DNA of 64,000 bases from Nitrospirota bacterium (GCA_963740085.1 CAVUCU010000005.1:384001-448000); one strand, 5' to 3'; counted from the stretch's first letter, positions 10,224 through 20,859 are shown. A program made the numbers and translations. The notes: generated by a model from the letters alone, not told the origin.

Positions 10224-10667
10224 TTACGCCACTTTCTTTGCAGCGACCGCCTCGCCCAGGACCCTGGCTTCTCCGCCTATCCGGGCATTGTTGACATGGG
10301 CGTTCCCGCCGACCTCTGCCCTGTCACACACTTCGCCAAACCCGGTCACGACTGCATCTCCATAGATGCTGGAAAATCCGTAAACCTTTGCATCGCCGGT
10401 GACCTTGGCATTGCCGAAGACCTTGGAATTCCCGAAAACCTCCGCCCGGCCCGATACCTCGGCCTTGTCGAAGACCCACGCATTCCCGAAAATGAATGCC
10501 TCGCCGCTCAGCTTACACCTGCCGCAGATCTTGGCAAAAGGACCTACATACACAGTATCCGCGACCTGTGCATGCTCAGCAACCATGCCGCCTCCATATG
10601 GGTGATGATGATACTTGATTCCATCGATCTCCACTACCGGTGCAGTTGTCAATACCTTGATATCCAT
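10224..10667 (-). CDS. left-handed beta-helix (hexapeptide repeat) protein
   Basis: Tandem hexapeptides such as VFGNAK, VTGDAK, VSGRAE; GGAGG RBS upstream. Confidence 0.8.
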   Translation of the reverse strand: MDIKVLTTAPVVEIDGIKYHHHPYGGGMVAEHAQVADTVYVGPFAKICGRCKLSGEAFIFGNAWVFDKAEVSGRAEVFGNSKVFGNAKVTGDAKVYGFSSIYGDAVVTGFGEVCDRAEVGGNAHVNNARIGGEARVLGEAVAAKKVA

Positions 10668-11049
10668 AGTTCACCTCCAAAGATATAATAATTCCGCATC
10701 CGTCTTCTTTATCAATAGCGTGCAACCGAACTCCGAAGGCATCTCATGAACAACACCTCAAATTGTAATTTTACTTACTGTAATGATAGCCAATAAGGGT
10801 ATCTTTGTCAAATTCGCCTGGACTCAGGCCCAGGATAATACCTGGTTTGGAACTAAACCTGCTACGAACCCCGTGGAAGGGCGCATATTAAACTTCCATA
10901 CTTACAGTCGGTTATATAGTAGCTCCAAGTCGACCACCGTATCAAAGAGAAAACGAGAACCATTGAATTTCCTTTAGATTACGTCGATTATTTGCTATAA
11001 TATTGCCTCAACACAATTCATGCTCTCTGAAGAAGGAGTCCATTTTCTC

Positions 11050-12468
11050 ATGAGCACTATTCGAAATGTTCGAGTCCGTTTTGCACCAAGCCCGACCGGC
11101 GCCCTGCACATAGGTGGTGTGCGCACCGCGCTCTTCAACTGGCTCTTCGCGCGTCACCACAACGGGAAATTCATCCTCAGGATCGAGGACACGGACCAGA
11201 CCCGCTCCACCGATGAGTCCATCAAGATCATCCTCGACGGAATGATGTGGCTCGGCCTTGACTGGGACGAGGGCCCATTCCGCCAGACCGAGCGCATGGA
11301 CATTTATAAAGAACATGTGGATCGTTTGCTCAAAGCGGGCAAGGCATACTACTGCTACTGTACCCCGGAAGAGCTCGACGCGCGCAGGAAAGAGGCCATG
11401 GCCGCGGGCAAGCCGCCGAAGTACGATCGGAAGTGCCGATCGCTGGCTGCACCGGTAGAGGGCAGGACACCTGCTGTCCGGTTCCTCTCGTCCGACCAGG
11501 GCCAGACCATCGTGCGAGACATGATCCGAGGAGCGGTAACGTTCGAGAACCAGCAGCTTGACGATCTCATCATCCAGCGCTCTGACGGCTTCCCGACCTA
11601 CAACTTTGCCGTTGTCGTTGATGACGTGACCATGAGCATCACCCATGTCATACGAGGCGACGACCATTTGAACAATACGCCGCGCCAGATCCAGCTGTAT
11701 CAGGCCCTGGGGTATGATCCGCCGGAATTTGCCCACCTTCCCATGATCCTCGGCCCGGACAAGACCAAACTCTCAAAACGCCACGGCGCCACGGCCGTTA
11801 CGGAATATATCGACATGGGCTATCTGCCCGAGGCGCTCGTGAACTACCTCTCCCGTCTCGGCTGGTCGTCAGGAGACCAGGAGATCTTCTCGCGCCAGGA
11901 ACTGATCGACAAATTTTCCCTCGACAGCGTGGGAAAAGCACCGTCCGTCTTTAACCCCGAAAAGCTGCTCTGGCTGAACCATCATTACATCCAGCAGGCT
12001 GACGCGGGCAGAATCGCGGAACTGGTGCTCGACCTTCTGAAGAAGGACGGCGTCGTGAAGCAGGGAAACGAGCCGGACCCCGAGTGGTTCAAGAAACTGG
12101 TAACAATCCTCACCGAGCGCAGCCACACGCTCGTGGAAATGAAAACCGGCGCATTGCCTTTTATTCTGGACGAGATAACGATGGACGAGAAGGCGCGGAT
12201 GAAACACCTCACACCGGATGTTGCACCGCTCCTTTCCGAACTGACAGGACGGATGCAATTAGTGGAACCGTTTACGCACGATGAATTGGCAAAGGTCTTC
12301 AATTCGCTCGTCGCGGAAAAAGGCATTAAGCTCGGCAAGCTTGCACAGCCCGTGCGCGTAGCCTTGACCGGCGGCACGGTCAGCCCCGGCATCTTCGAGG
12401 TGCTTGAGGTAATGGGGAAAGAGAAGTCCCTGAAGAGGATCGAAGCGGCAATCGGGCTGGCGAAATAA
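11050..12468 (+). CDS. gltX: glutamate--tRNA ligase
   Basis: RFAPSPTG, HIGG, LRIEDTD, CYC zinc motif, KLSKR; AAGGAG RBS and TGCTATAAT extended -10 at 10993-11001. Confidence 0.97.
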   Translation: MSTIRNVRVRFAPSPTGALHIGGVRTALFNWLFARHHNGKFILRIEDTDQTRSTDESIKIILDGMMWLGLDWDEGPFRQTERMDIYKEHVDRLLKAGKAYYCYCTPEELDARRKEAMAAGKPPKYDRKCRSLAAPVEGRTPAVRFLSSDQGQTIVRDMIRGAVTFENQQLDDLIIQRSDGFPTYNFAVVVDDVTMSITHVIRGDDHLNNTPRQIQLYQALGYDPPEFAHLPMILGPDKTKLSKRHGATAVTEYIDMGYLPEALVNYLSRLGWSSGDQEIFSRQELIDKFSLDSVGKAPSVFNPEKLLWLNHHYIQQADAGRIAELVLDLLKKDGVVKQGNEPDPEWFKKLVTILTERSHTLVEMKTGALPFILDEITMDEKARMKHLTPDVAPLLSELTGRMQLVEPFTHDELAKVFNSLVAEKGIKLGKLAQPVRVALTGGTVSPGIFEVLEVMGKEKSLKRIEAAIGLAK

Positions 12469-12498
12469 CCGACTTCGGCGATTTCTCATGGTGCGGCA

Positions 12499-12951
12499 AT
12501 GGAAAGCTCATTATGCCTCATCAACACCTGGCACATCGATCGGGAGTATGTTGACCAGGGAATCAAGCTCCAGCCCCGCGATATCACCTACGCTCTTTAT
12601 TGGACCAACAGGCCGTACACGTTATATGTGTGGCATTTGACCGAAGACCGGGTCGTTCATTACTTCAACATAGCAGACAGGATCTCACTGCAACCGCGGG
12701 AATTTCTGTGGCGAGATCTTACGGTCGACATCCTGATCGCTGATGACCGCAGCGTTCATATCCTTGACGAGGACGAGCTGCCAGACGATCTGGACCCCGC
12801 ATTATCGAGCTACATTCAAAAGGCGAAAGCGGCCGTCATGCGGGAAGATTCATCAATAATACATGAAGCAAATAGCATTGTAAGCTCATTGTCTTCCCAT
12901 GCAGCATTACCGGAGCAGGGTAAGGTCAACAAACCCCATTCTGCCGGTTGA
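12499..12951 (+). CDS. DUF402-like protein
   Basis: YFNIA, DLTVDILI and ILDEDEL motifs; start uncertain. Confidence 0.65.
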   Translation: MESSLCLINTWHIDREYVDQGIKLQPRDITYALYWTNRPYTLYVWHLTEDRVVHYFNIADRISLQPREFLWRDLTVDILIADDRSVHILDEDELPDDLDPALSSYIQKAKAAVMREDSSIIHEANSIVSSLSSHAALPEQGKVNKPHSAG

Positions 12952-13101
12952 CCGGTTCATGCTTTTTCATCGGGTGCGTCGGCACATACGCCGCCTCCGC
13001 TTGACAATTCGGCAATTATGCACCATGATTGTGTATGTGCAATAAAGCTTCAATGCAGTGGCCGGGAGATGTTGCATTACAATCGTCAGAAGGAGGCAAC
13101 G

Positions 13102-13611
13102 ATGCAAGATAAAAGATTTTGGTCTCCCTATGTTGCCGGGGCCGTTCTTGGTGTTACCCTGTTGGCGACGTTCTATATCGCAGGAAGAGGTCTGGGCGCG
13201 TCGGGTGCGATAACCCTCGTAACGGCCGAGAGCACCTTTTCCATCATACCTGAGTTTATCGGCCGCCTGAATTATTTTGCCCGATATATCACCCCCAGAG
13301 CGCCGCTCATAAACTGGAACCTTTTTTTACTCATCGGTGTTTTTGTGGGTGCTCTTTCGAGCGCGTCGTTCACAGGGAATTTTAAAGTGCAGCTGGATAA
13401 GGCCAAAACCATGGGTTTAGGCACACGGTTGCTTACGTCGTTGATAGGCGGGATGCTCATCGGCTTTGCGTCGCGGCTTGCCCGCGGGTGTACCAGCGGG
13501 GTAGCGCTTACTGGAGGCGCCCAGCTTGCGTTGGCTGGATGGATCTTTGTGATCGCCATGTTCGCAGCCGGCTTCATTATTGCCGCCTTCCTCAGGAGAT
13601 TATGGTCGTGA
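13102..13611 (+). CDS. YeeE/YedE (TsuA-like) sulfur-compound transporter
   Basis: WSPYVAG and GFASRLARGCTSG motifs; AGGAGG RBS; TTGACA-N17-CATGAT promoter candidate at 13001-13029. Confidence 0.88.
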   Translation: MQDKRFWSPYVAGAVLGVTLLATFYIAGRGLGASGAITLVTAESTFSIIPEFIGRLNYFARYITPRAPLINWNLFLLIGVFVGALSSASFTGNFKVQLDKAKTMGLGTRLLTSLIGGMLIGFASRLARGCTSGVALTGGAQLALAGWIFVIAMFAAGFIIAAFLRRLWS

Positions 13612-14183
13612 TGGCCCCTTTTGAGATAAGTCAGTCCGCCAGTCTCGGATTGGCGGTCGTGTTCGGTCTTTTCTTTGGCTTATCCCTCGAACGGGGAGGA
13701 CTTGGAGACCCGCATAAGCTGACGGGTGTCTTCTACCTTCGTGATTTCACCGTGCCAAAGGTCATGTTCACCGCGATCATCGTCGCATCCGTTGGCCTCT
13801 ACCTGCTTGCTGATCTCAACCTGCTGGACATGGAGCGGGTCTATATCATACCGACGTTCTTCTGGCCGCAGCTCGTGGGCGGGGCGCTGTTCGGCGTCGG
13901 CTATGTCATAAGCGGATACTGTCCCGGAACGGCCATGGTCGGCCTGGCATCGGGAAGGCTTGATGCCCTTGTAATGATATTCGGGGTTGGCGCGGGCACT
14001 CTTCTGTTTGCCATCCTCTTTCCTTACCTTGAAGGATTTTACCTGTCCACGGACATGGGAACGCCGACGCTTCCAGGGCTCACCGGATTGAACCACTGGA
14101 TCATTATCATTTTGCTCGGTGCCGTCGCAGGGATGATGTTCTTTGTGATGGAGAAGTACGAGAGGAAAGAAAGCAAGCACTAG
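13611..14183 (+). CDS. YeeE/YedE sulfur-compound transporter, second half-size subunit
   Basis: FGLSLERGG and GGALFGVGYVISGYCPGT motifs; TGATG overlap with the upstream gene. Confidence 0.88.
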   Translation: MAPFEISQSASLGLAVVFGLFFGLSLERGGLGDPHKLTGVFYLRDFTVPKVMFTAIIVASVGLYLLADLNLLDMERVYIIPTFFWPQLVGGALFGVGYVISGYCPGTAMVGLASGRLDALVMIFGVGAGTLLFAILFPYLEGFYLSTDMGTPTLPGLTGLNHWIIIILLGAVAGMMFFVMEKYERKESKH

Positions 14184-14471
14184 TTCTCAACTTTATCGCG
14201 TTGAAGACAGACGCTACTGCTAAAATTGGTTTTCGTGGTTCAGAGGGGAAGGTCCTCCTAGACACCGGAGCTTCAAATCCTGAAGGTCATTTTTTATATC
14301 CGTTCATTTCCTCAAGTGGTCGCTGTTCATCCGAATGATAGATGCTGACTGGGTGCTCATATCATGCGAATGCTTCTGTTCGCCGGCAGGTTTCCCTCTT
14401 GCTTTGTCTTGATTTGAATCGCGATCGCAATTGTGATTGTCAAACCACTCTGGTTGCGATACAATGTTTGC

Positions 14472-14747
14472 GTGCGTCTTGACCTGTTCCTGAAAACAAG
14501 CCGGCTCGTGAAGCGCAGGACCGTTGCGCAGGAGTTGTGCGTCGCCGGCAGGGTGCTGGTGAACAGCCATGAAGCAAAACCCTCAAAAGAAGTGAAGCAG
14601 GGTGATATCATAACCCTGAAGTTTTCTTCACGCATTGTTGATCTGGAGATCGTCGGCGTGCTCGATGCATCCTCCCGGAAGAGATCTTCCGAAGAACTGT
14701 ACCGCGTAAAATCAGAGACGCGATTGCCGAAGGAACTGTTGAACTGA
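14472..14747 (+). CDS. S4-domain RNA-binding protein (HslR/YabO-like)
   Basis: RLDLFLKTSRLVKRRTVAQELC and AKPSKEVKQGD; GTG start. Confidence 0.9.
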   Translation: MRLDLFLKTSRLVKRRTVAQELCVAGRVLVNSHEAKPSKEVKQGDIITLKFSSRIVDLEIVGVLDASSRKRSSEELYRVKSETRLPKELLN

Positions 14748-14836
14748 CCTAAAATAATGACATCTATTCCCCCTCATCCCGGTCCCCTCCTCGGGCGGAA
14801 GAGGAAACGAACAACCTTGTCGAGAGAGAAGCCGTT

Positions 14837-15856
14837 ATGCAGCAAAAACCCCTGATCGTTATAACCATGGGTGATCCGGCCGGGATCGGCCCGGAGATCA
14901 TCGCCAAGGTCATTGACAACGCCGAGATCCTTCTGCTCTGCAGACCGGTGGTGATCGGCGATGCCGGCGTAATGAAAAAACTGATCGAAGAGATGCGGCT
15001 GTCGGTAACGGTGAACAGCATTGCATCGCTCGACCAGGCGGATCCGGCCGAAGGCCGACTCGACGTGCTTGACCTCAAGAACGTCGATCCCACTGCTCAC
15101 CATTGGGGCAAACCGAACGCCTCATCAGGCAATGCGGTCGTTGCGTACATAAAGAAGGCCGTTGAGCTGACCATGAGGGATGAGGCTGATGCCATGGTGA
15201 CAGCACCGATCAGCAAGGAAATGATGAACGCGGCCGGACATCATTACGCCGGCCACACAGAGCTCCTTGCCGATCTTACAAAAACCAAAGAGTATGGCAT
15301 GATGTTCGTGGGCGGAGGACTGCGTCTTATCCTGACCACGATCCATGTGGCACTGAAGGACGTCCACCGCCACGTAACGCAAGAGAATGTTCTTAAAACC
15401 CTGCGCCTTGCTCATCAGGCGACGAAATTCCTCGGGATCAATAAACCGCGCATCGGGGTGGCGGCCCTGAACCCCCACGCCGGAGAGGGAGGACTTTTCG
15501 GGTCTGAAGAGTGGGATGCGATCATGCCCGCGGTCATCGAGGCGCGAGGCGAGGGAATTGACGCAAGCGATCCGATCCCCGCCGACACCTTGTTTTACAA
15601 GGCGCGGAACAACCATTTCGACATCCTTGTCGCCATGTACCACGATCAGGGCCTTGCGCCGCTCAAAATGGTCGCCTTCGGAAATGCGGTGAATGTCACC
15701 GTGGGACTCCCGATCATCCGCACCTCCGTTGACCACGGAACCGCCTACGATATAGCCGGCAAAGGCTGCGCCGACCCCGCAAGCCTGCTTGAGGCGATAA
15801 GGCTTGCCGTAAAAATGTCGACATTCCGGAATACAGGATCGAGGAAACACTCATGA
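14837..15856 (+). CDS. pdxA: 4-hydroxythreonine-4-phosphate dehydrogenase
   Basis: ITMGDPAGIGPEI, GHTE, LNPHAGE, MYHDQG and RTSVDHGTA motifs. Confidence 0.95.
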   Translation: MQQKPLIVITMGDPAGIGPEIIAKVIDNAEILLLCRPVVIGDAGVMKKLIEEMRLSVTVNSIASLDQADPAEGRLDVLDLKNVDPTAHHWGKPNASSGNAVVAYIKKAVELTMRDEADAMVTAPISKEMMNAAGHHYAGHTELLADLTKTKEYGMMFVGGGLRLILTTIHVALKDVHRHVTQENVLKTLRLAHQATKFLGINKPRIGVAALNPHAGEGGLFGSEEWDAIMPAVIEARGEGIDASDPIPADTLFYKARNNHFDILVAMYHDQGLAPLKMVAFGNAVNVTVGLPIIRTSVDHGTAYDIAGKGCADPASLLEAIRLAVKMSTFRNTGSRKHS

Positions 15857-16923
15857 CCGGCCATCAGCCGACATTCATAACGCGTGCTCAACTCTTTGCG
15901 CTCGCATTCTTTGCAGTCTTTATCTTTCTTCTCTACCAGATGGGCCGTCTTCTTGCCCCGTTCTCGGCGGCTTTGCTCTGGGCTGTTGTTATCACGCTTG
16001 CCCTGTACCCCCTTCACCAGCGTGTGCTCCGCCTGCTCAAGGGGAGCCCCGGATTTGCCGCCGCAATCATGACGATCATCACCCTGCTGGCGGTGATCGG
16101 TCCCGCCATTGCCGTGCTGGTCGTCTTCGCAGGACAAGCCGTTGATCTCTACCAATCGGCATCGCAAGGCATTCAGTCCGGAAAGTTTCTTGAACTCTGG
16201 AACAGGGCCTCCACCTCCCTTACCGAGACCCTGCGAAGACTTCCGCTCCTGTCCGGGATCGATATACCGGGGTTGGCCATGAAAGGCCTCGGGGAAGTCT
16301 CGAGAGGCCTTGCAGGACAGATCGGTTTTTTGCTCAATCAGATCATGGTCCTGATGATCGATCTTGCGGTCATGCTCGTCGCGCTCTTTTTCTTTTTCCG
16401 GGATGGCGAGTCCTACTACCGGACGGTCATGGATATGCTTCCCTTCTCTCCTGACCATAAACAGTCCATCTCACGGCAAGTGAAGGCTACCTTCACCGCG
16501 GTCATTAACGGGGTGTTCCTGGTCGCGCTGCTCCAGGGGATCATGACCTGCATCGGGTTTGCCCTGTTCGGCATCCCTTTTTCGGTATTCTGGGGCCTGA
16601 TCGCAGCAGTCGTGGCCCTCCTGCCCATCGGAGGAGCGGCGCTCGTATGGGTTCCGGGGGCGCTCTTTCTGTTCTTTACCGGGTCGAAGGTCAGCAGTGT
16701 CCTTTTGTTTGTCTGGGGGCTCATCTTCGTGTCCCTGCCGGACAACTTTTTGAAACCTCTGCTCATCGGGAAAAAAGCGAAACTCCCTGCGTTCTTTCTG
16801 TTCATCGGAATCCTCGGCGGGCTGAAGGTATACGGCTTATTGGGTATTCTTTTCGGCCCTCTCTTGGTCACCCTCCTCTTCGCCTTTCTGCAGATCTATC
16901 GAGCGGAGTATGGCGAAGAATGA
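15853..16923 (+). CDS. AI-2E family transporter
   Basis: Multi-TM protein with FFFFRDG, DNFLKPLLIG and GLLGILFGP motifs; ATGA overlap with pdxA. Confidence 0.88.
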   Translation: MTGHQPTFITRAQLFALAFFAVFIFLLYQMGRLLAPFSAALLWAVVITLALYPLHQRVLRLLKGSPGFAAAIMTIITLLAVIGPAIAVLVVFAGQAVDLYQSASQGIQSGKFLELWNRASTSLTETLRRLPLLSGIDIPGLAMKGLGEVSRGLAGQIGFLLNQIMVLMIDLAVMLVALFFFFRDGESYYRTVMDMLPFSPDHKQSISRQVKATFTAVINGVFLVALLQGIMTCIGFALFGIPFSVFWGLIAAVVALLPIGGAALVWVPGALFLFFTGSKVSSVLLFVWGLIFVSLPDNFLKPLLIGKKAKLPAFFLFIGILGGLKVYGLLGILFGPLLVTLLFAFLQIYRAEYGEE

Positions 16924-17022
16924 AGAACCCTTCTCGATTTTACCACACAGGCTCTGTTGCCGCACCGATCGTTTCCGGTGTCTGTTTCATACACTATTGC
17001 CCTAACAGGGGGAGCTAAAAAC

Positions 17023-17706
17023 ATGGAAGATCTGGCGAAATCAGATACCTGGCGGGTGTTCCGCATCATGGCTGAACTGGTGGAAGGCTTTGAAGCCTTG
17101 AGCAACATCGGCCCTGCGGTGACCGTCTTCGGGAGCGCGCGGCTCGAACCCGGTTCTCCCTACTACAACAAGTGCCTCAGGGTCGCCGAGAGCCTGGCAA
17201 AGGACGGCTTTGCCGTGATCTCAGGAGGCGGGCCCGGCATCATGGAAGCCGCGAACAAGGGTGCACAGAACGCGAACGGCACGTCGGTGGGCCTGAACAT
17301 CGCGCTTCCCCTGGAGCAAACGCAGAACCAGTTCCAGGACGTACGAATTGAATTCCGCTACTTCTTCGTCCGCAAGCTCATGTTCGTGAAATATGCAGTC
17401 GCGTATGTGATCTTCCCGGGCGGCTTCGGCACCATGGACGAGCTGTTCGAGGCCCTCACGCTCATTCAGACAAAAAAGATCCGGGGATTCCCCGTAGTGC
17501 TCGTGGGTAAGGAATACTGGTCGGGGTTGTTCGACTGGATGAAGAAGACCGTTCTCGCGGCGAACAGCATCAACCAGGAGGACCTCGACCTCATGCATAT
17601 CGTGGACGAGCCTGAAGAGGTCTGCGCGATCATCAATAAAAGATATAGCGACCGCCTGAGCGGTGTCCACAAGGACCGGCGGGACAAGACCAAGAAGGGT
17701 ATTTAG
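17023..17706 (+). CDS. LOG family (TIGR00730-type) Rossmann-fold nucleotide phosphoribohydrolase
   Basis: VTVFGSAR, SGGGPGIMEAANKGA, FFVRKLMF and PGGFGTMDELFE motifs. Confidence 0.92.
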   Translation: MEDLAKSDTWRVFRIMAELVEGFEALSNIGPAVTVFGSARLEPGSPYYNKCLRVAESLAKDGFAVISGGGPGIMEAANKGAQNANGTSVGLNIALPLEQTQNQFQDVRIEFRYFFVRKLMFVKYAVAYVIFPGGFGTMDELFEALTLIQTKKIRGFPVVLVGKEYWSGLFDWMKKTVLAANSINQEDLDLMHIVDEPEEVCAIINKRYSDRLSGVHKDRRDKTKKGI

Positions 17707-18440
17707 TCGTTGTTGCCTTTTTTCAGCTTCGCGCGTTCAGCTCGGCGCTTGAGATGCTGAGCGGCCCGCAGCCTGCGAAACCACCGCTCGATGGTCTCGC
17801 GATAGATCATCGTAAGCAGAATGAGAAAAAGGCTGATCCCGAAAAGCGTGAACAGCGCTCCATACCGTCTGTCACGGAAGAGCGTCCCTCCAAGGGTGAG
17901 CAGCGTTGTTCCAAGCAGTCGGCCCGTCGTAGACACGAGCAGAAAATCTCGTTGCCGCATGTGTCCCAATCCCAGAAGGTAGCAGAGAATGTCCTTGGGA
18001 AAGCCGGGGACAAGGAACATGAGAAATGCGAGGAACAGGCCCTTGTGTTTCATCACGTAGTCGTAGCGTTTGATCGTCTCGGGTTTCACGATCATCTCTA
18101 CCAGGGGTCTTCCGGCAAGACGAGCAAGCATGAACGCGATCCACGACCCGAGGGTGAGGCCGATCGTTGAATAGAGCATGCCCCACCCTGTGCCGAAGAA
18201 TACGCCGCCAACGAAACCCGTCGCCTCACCGGGAACCGGTGCCGCAACAACCTGCAGGACCTGAAGCCCGATGAAAATAATGGCGGCGTTCGCCCGATGA
18301 TCGTTGATGAGCGTTAATAGACGCTGGCGATCGGTAAAGAATTCGATGAGACCGTACTCATGCAGCAAATAAATAAGACCGGCGAGAACAAGGCAGGTCA
18401 CAGCAAACCCGGCGATGGTTTTCTTTTTAAGTTTTATCAT
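17703..18440 (-). CDS. TVP38/TMEM64 (DedA/SNARE-associated) membrane protein
   Basis: QVVAAPVPGE and FLVPGFPKDILCYLLG motifs. Confidence 0.88.
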   Translation of the reverse strand: MIKLKKKTIAGFAVTCLVLAGLIYLLHEYGLIEFFTDRQRLLTLINDHRANAAIIFIGLQVLQVVAAPVPGEATGFVGGVFFGTGWGMLYSTIGLTLGSWIAFMLARLAGRPLVEMIVKPETIKRYDYVMKHKGLFLAFLMFLVPGFPKDILCYLLGLGHMRQRDFLLVSTTGRLLGTTLLTLGGTLFRDRRYGALFTLFGISLFLILLTMIYRETIERWFRRLRAAQHLKRRAERAKLKKGNND

Positions 18441-18457
18441 ACGAGCATCCGGACCGG

Positions 18458-18742
18458 TTATTTTTTAAACAAATCATCCAGCGCCTTGCGCACCTGTGCG
18501 CTCCCGTCATCCGCAGCGGCAATTCGGTCTTCCGCGAACACAAAATAATCGCAGAAATTGGATTTTTCTTTCTCTCTCACCAGTTCGGATACCGTCTCCC
18601 GGCACTGTTTCGAAACCGCACAATCATAAAATACACAGTTGAGACAGCATCGCAGATCCGCGCCGCAGGAAGGGCATCCATCCTTACGGCCGACCTTCAG
18701 AACTCCAGAGAGTTCCTTATTACAGGCATGACAGGTCTTCAT
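18458..18742 (-). CDS. small cysteine-rich (probable metal-binding) protein
   Basis: CHAC, CPSC, CLNC, C and NFCDYF cysteine pattern in about 94 aa. Confidence 0.75.
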   Translation of the reverse strand: MKTCHACNKELSGVLKVGRKDGCPSCGADLRCCLNCVFYDCAVSKQCRETVSELVREKEKSNFCDYFVFAEDRIAAADDGSAQVRKALDDLFKK

Positions 18743-19004
18743 TACGTGCAATCATAGCTTATCGGTCGTGATTAGACAAGCCAAAAGAAAGTGCTCGCAC
18801 CTTGAACCGAGCCGGCACCCGGGCGCGCTATGTATCGCGGGACGGCATTCCTGACAATTTGTGATTATTAGTCCCGGATGACCGCACTCTGTGCAGGACC
18901 GGATATTTTTGCTGCCGCTTCCACAAAGCATAAATCTCTGCTATAGTAACTATAGGTATCCGGCGCACGATGAGATACATAATCAAAAAAGGGGATGAAA
19001 GACG

Positions 19005-19355
19005 ATGAAAATCAGCGTGGAAAATTTACCAGCCGACATCACCGAGGAAGGACTGAAAGACGTATTTGGCCAAATAGGAGATGTCCAGTCAGTCAAACTG
19101 AAGACCGACCTGCTCACCTGGCAGCCGAACGGTCAGGGAATCGTGGACATGACGCTGGAGGTGGACGCCTACCGGGCGATCAACTGCTTTGAAGGTGCGA
19201 CCTTCAAGGACAGAAAGATACATGTCAGGGAAACCCATCCGCTGCTCGAAAAGGCAAAAAACATGTTCGAGCACTTCACCGATGGTCACTCACTGTCGAA
19301 CTTTAAACCGCTGGCCAGCTTCGGGCGCTGGAGAGAACAGCACAAGGACCTTTGA
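19005..19355 (+). CDS. RRM-domain RNA-binding protein
   Basis: RNP2-like KISVENLP, RNP1-like GQGIVDM, and GATFKDRKIHV. Confidence 0.85.
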   Translation: MKISVENLPADITEEGLKDVFGQIGDVQSVKLKTDLLTWQPNGQGIVDMTLEVDAYRAINCFEGATFKDRKIHVRETHPLLEKAKNMFEHFTDGHSLSNFKPLASFGRWREQHKDL

Positions 19356-19437
19356 TCCTGCATGCGAGTGATGGGTCCGCCTATTCAAATTCCCACTTGT
19401 GGCAAAGAAGCAAGGTATTCCCTACTGAGCGCCCGAA

Positions 19438-20859
19438 TCACTCCCAATCAAGCAGTCGTTTTTGTCCTTCTAGCTTCCTGATCGCCGTAACATCCTGGCT
19501 CACCTCAAGACAGCCGCGGTACTTGCCTGCAGCATCGCGGACCGCGAAATACCTGATGAGGAGAAACTTCCCCTGCATCTGGATCCAGAAATCGGCCTTG
19601 TCTTTTTTCCCTGCGCGGAACTCGTCCAGGATCCTCTGGACCGTGCCCATGCTCTTGGGCGGATGACAGTTCTGCACCTTCCTCCCGATCACGCCGGGGC
19701 TGCGCGGAAAGATGCGCTCCGGGGAAGCCGAATAGTAAGCAACTTCGTCCTTTTCATCGACGAATGAGATGTCGATCGGCAGATGCGTCAGCATCAAGTT
19801 TACCTGGTCCGGCGTGAGCTGGCCGGTGTCAAGGTTCAGGCTGCCGACCTTCTCCGCCAGGAGCGCCTGCGGTATGGATTCCTCAGAAGCCTTCCACTTT
19901 GTCTCGGGCTTGATCCAGGCATACCCGATCTCTTCTTCGCCCTTCCCTACCTTTGCCCAGTCCTCCTCGCCCAGGGTCTCGAGCGCCATGGGGAACAGGA
20001 TGTGTTCTTCCTTGTAGATCATGTCACCGACCATCTTGACCAGGGCTGTAATGGCCACCTGCTCCATCTTATCGTCCATCGCCCTCTTCCGCACGTCCTT
20101 GATGAATCCCCTGATATCATCATGGAGCGCCCACATGACCTTGGAAGGCCCGGTGATCCCTTTTGCCTCGAGGATCGGGAAGAGCTGGTTCTCTTTCCGA
20201 AGATAGTGCTTATCAACCTGGCCAAGACGGTCAAGTATCTCGAGCAGCCTGGTCTTCTCCTTTGAGAAGTCCTTTATTGCCGCTGCCTCTTTTAAAATAC
20301 CCTCGCAGGCCCGGTTCTCGAGCATCAGCGTATGCACGGGATGGCCTGCAGGCAGTCCGGGCACGGTCTTGTGCTCCAGTGCATCCTGGAACACCTTTAC
20401 GTGGACGTCACAGAGGCTCTTGATCTCCGTTTCCGGCATCCCCTCGGCAATGAGGCGCTGCTCCATCTGCGCGATCTCCCAGGGCGCCACGTCCTTGATC
20501 AGTTCTCCAAATTTCTTTTTCTGGGATTCAACGTCCTTCCCCGCATGGAGCTCCTTGATGATATCCTTCATCGTATCGATCCGAACATCCTGTTCACCCC
20601 TGCCTGCCTCTTCGGTGGATACGGAAACGGCCTCCCCGGTCTGCTTTTTGATCTCTCCGGAGATATCATCGAGAAGCTTTTTCACGTCCATCCCGCTGAT
20701 CATCGCGGCTTTTCCCAGCGTCGCGAGTTTTCCAACGGTCTTTCGCAGGAACGCGTTGTCCAGCATCTTAAATTCCGGATTCAATCTGATCAGAAAATCT
20801 TTTAGAAAGGGGTAAACGGCAAGAAGGTCATTTACTTTAGTTTTAGGGCTCAGGTCCAT
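19438..20859 (-). CDS. DUF1858-DUF438-hemerythrin-PAS domain protein
   Basis: LCDVH, GHPVHTLMLEN, HYLRKENQLFP, MIYKEEHILFP and GRKVQNCHPPKS motifs. Confidence 0.88.
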   Translation of the reverse strand: MDLSPKTKVNDLLAVYPFLKDFLIRLNPEFKMLDNAFLRKTVGKLATLGKAAMISGMDVKKLLDDISGEIKKQTGEAVSVSTEEAGRGEQDVRIDTMKDIIKELHAGKDVESQKKKFGELIKDVAPWEIAQMEQRLIAEGMPETEIKSLCDVHVKVFQDALEHKTVPGLPAGHPVHTLMLENRACEGILKEAAAIKDFSKEKTRLLEILDRLGQVDKHYLRKENQLFPILEAKGITGPSKVMWALHDDIRGFIKDVRKRAMDDKMEQVAITALVKMVGDMIYKEEHILFPMALETLGEEDWAKVGKGEEEIGYAWIKPETKWKASEESIPQALLAEKVGSLNLDTGQLTPDQVNLMLTHLPIDISFVDEKDEVAYYSASPERIFPRSPGVIGRKVQNCHPPKSMGTVQRILDEFRAGKKDKADFWIQMQGKFLLIRYFAVRDAAGKYRGCLEVSQDVTAIRKLEGQKRLLDWE

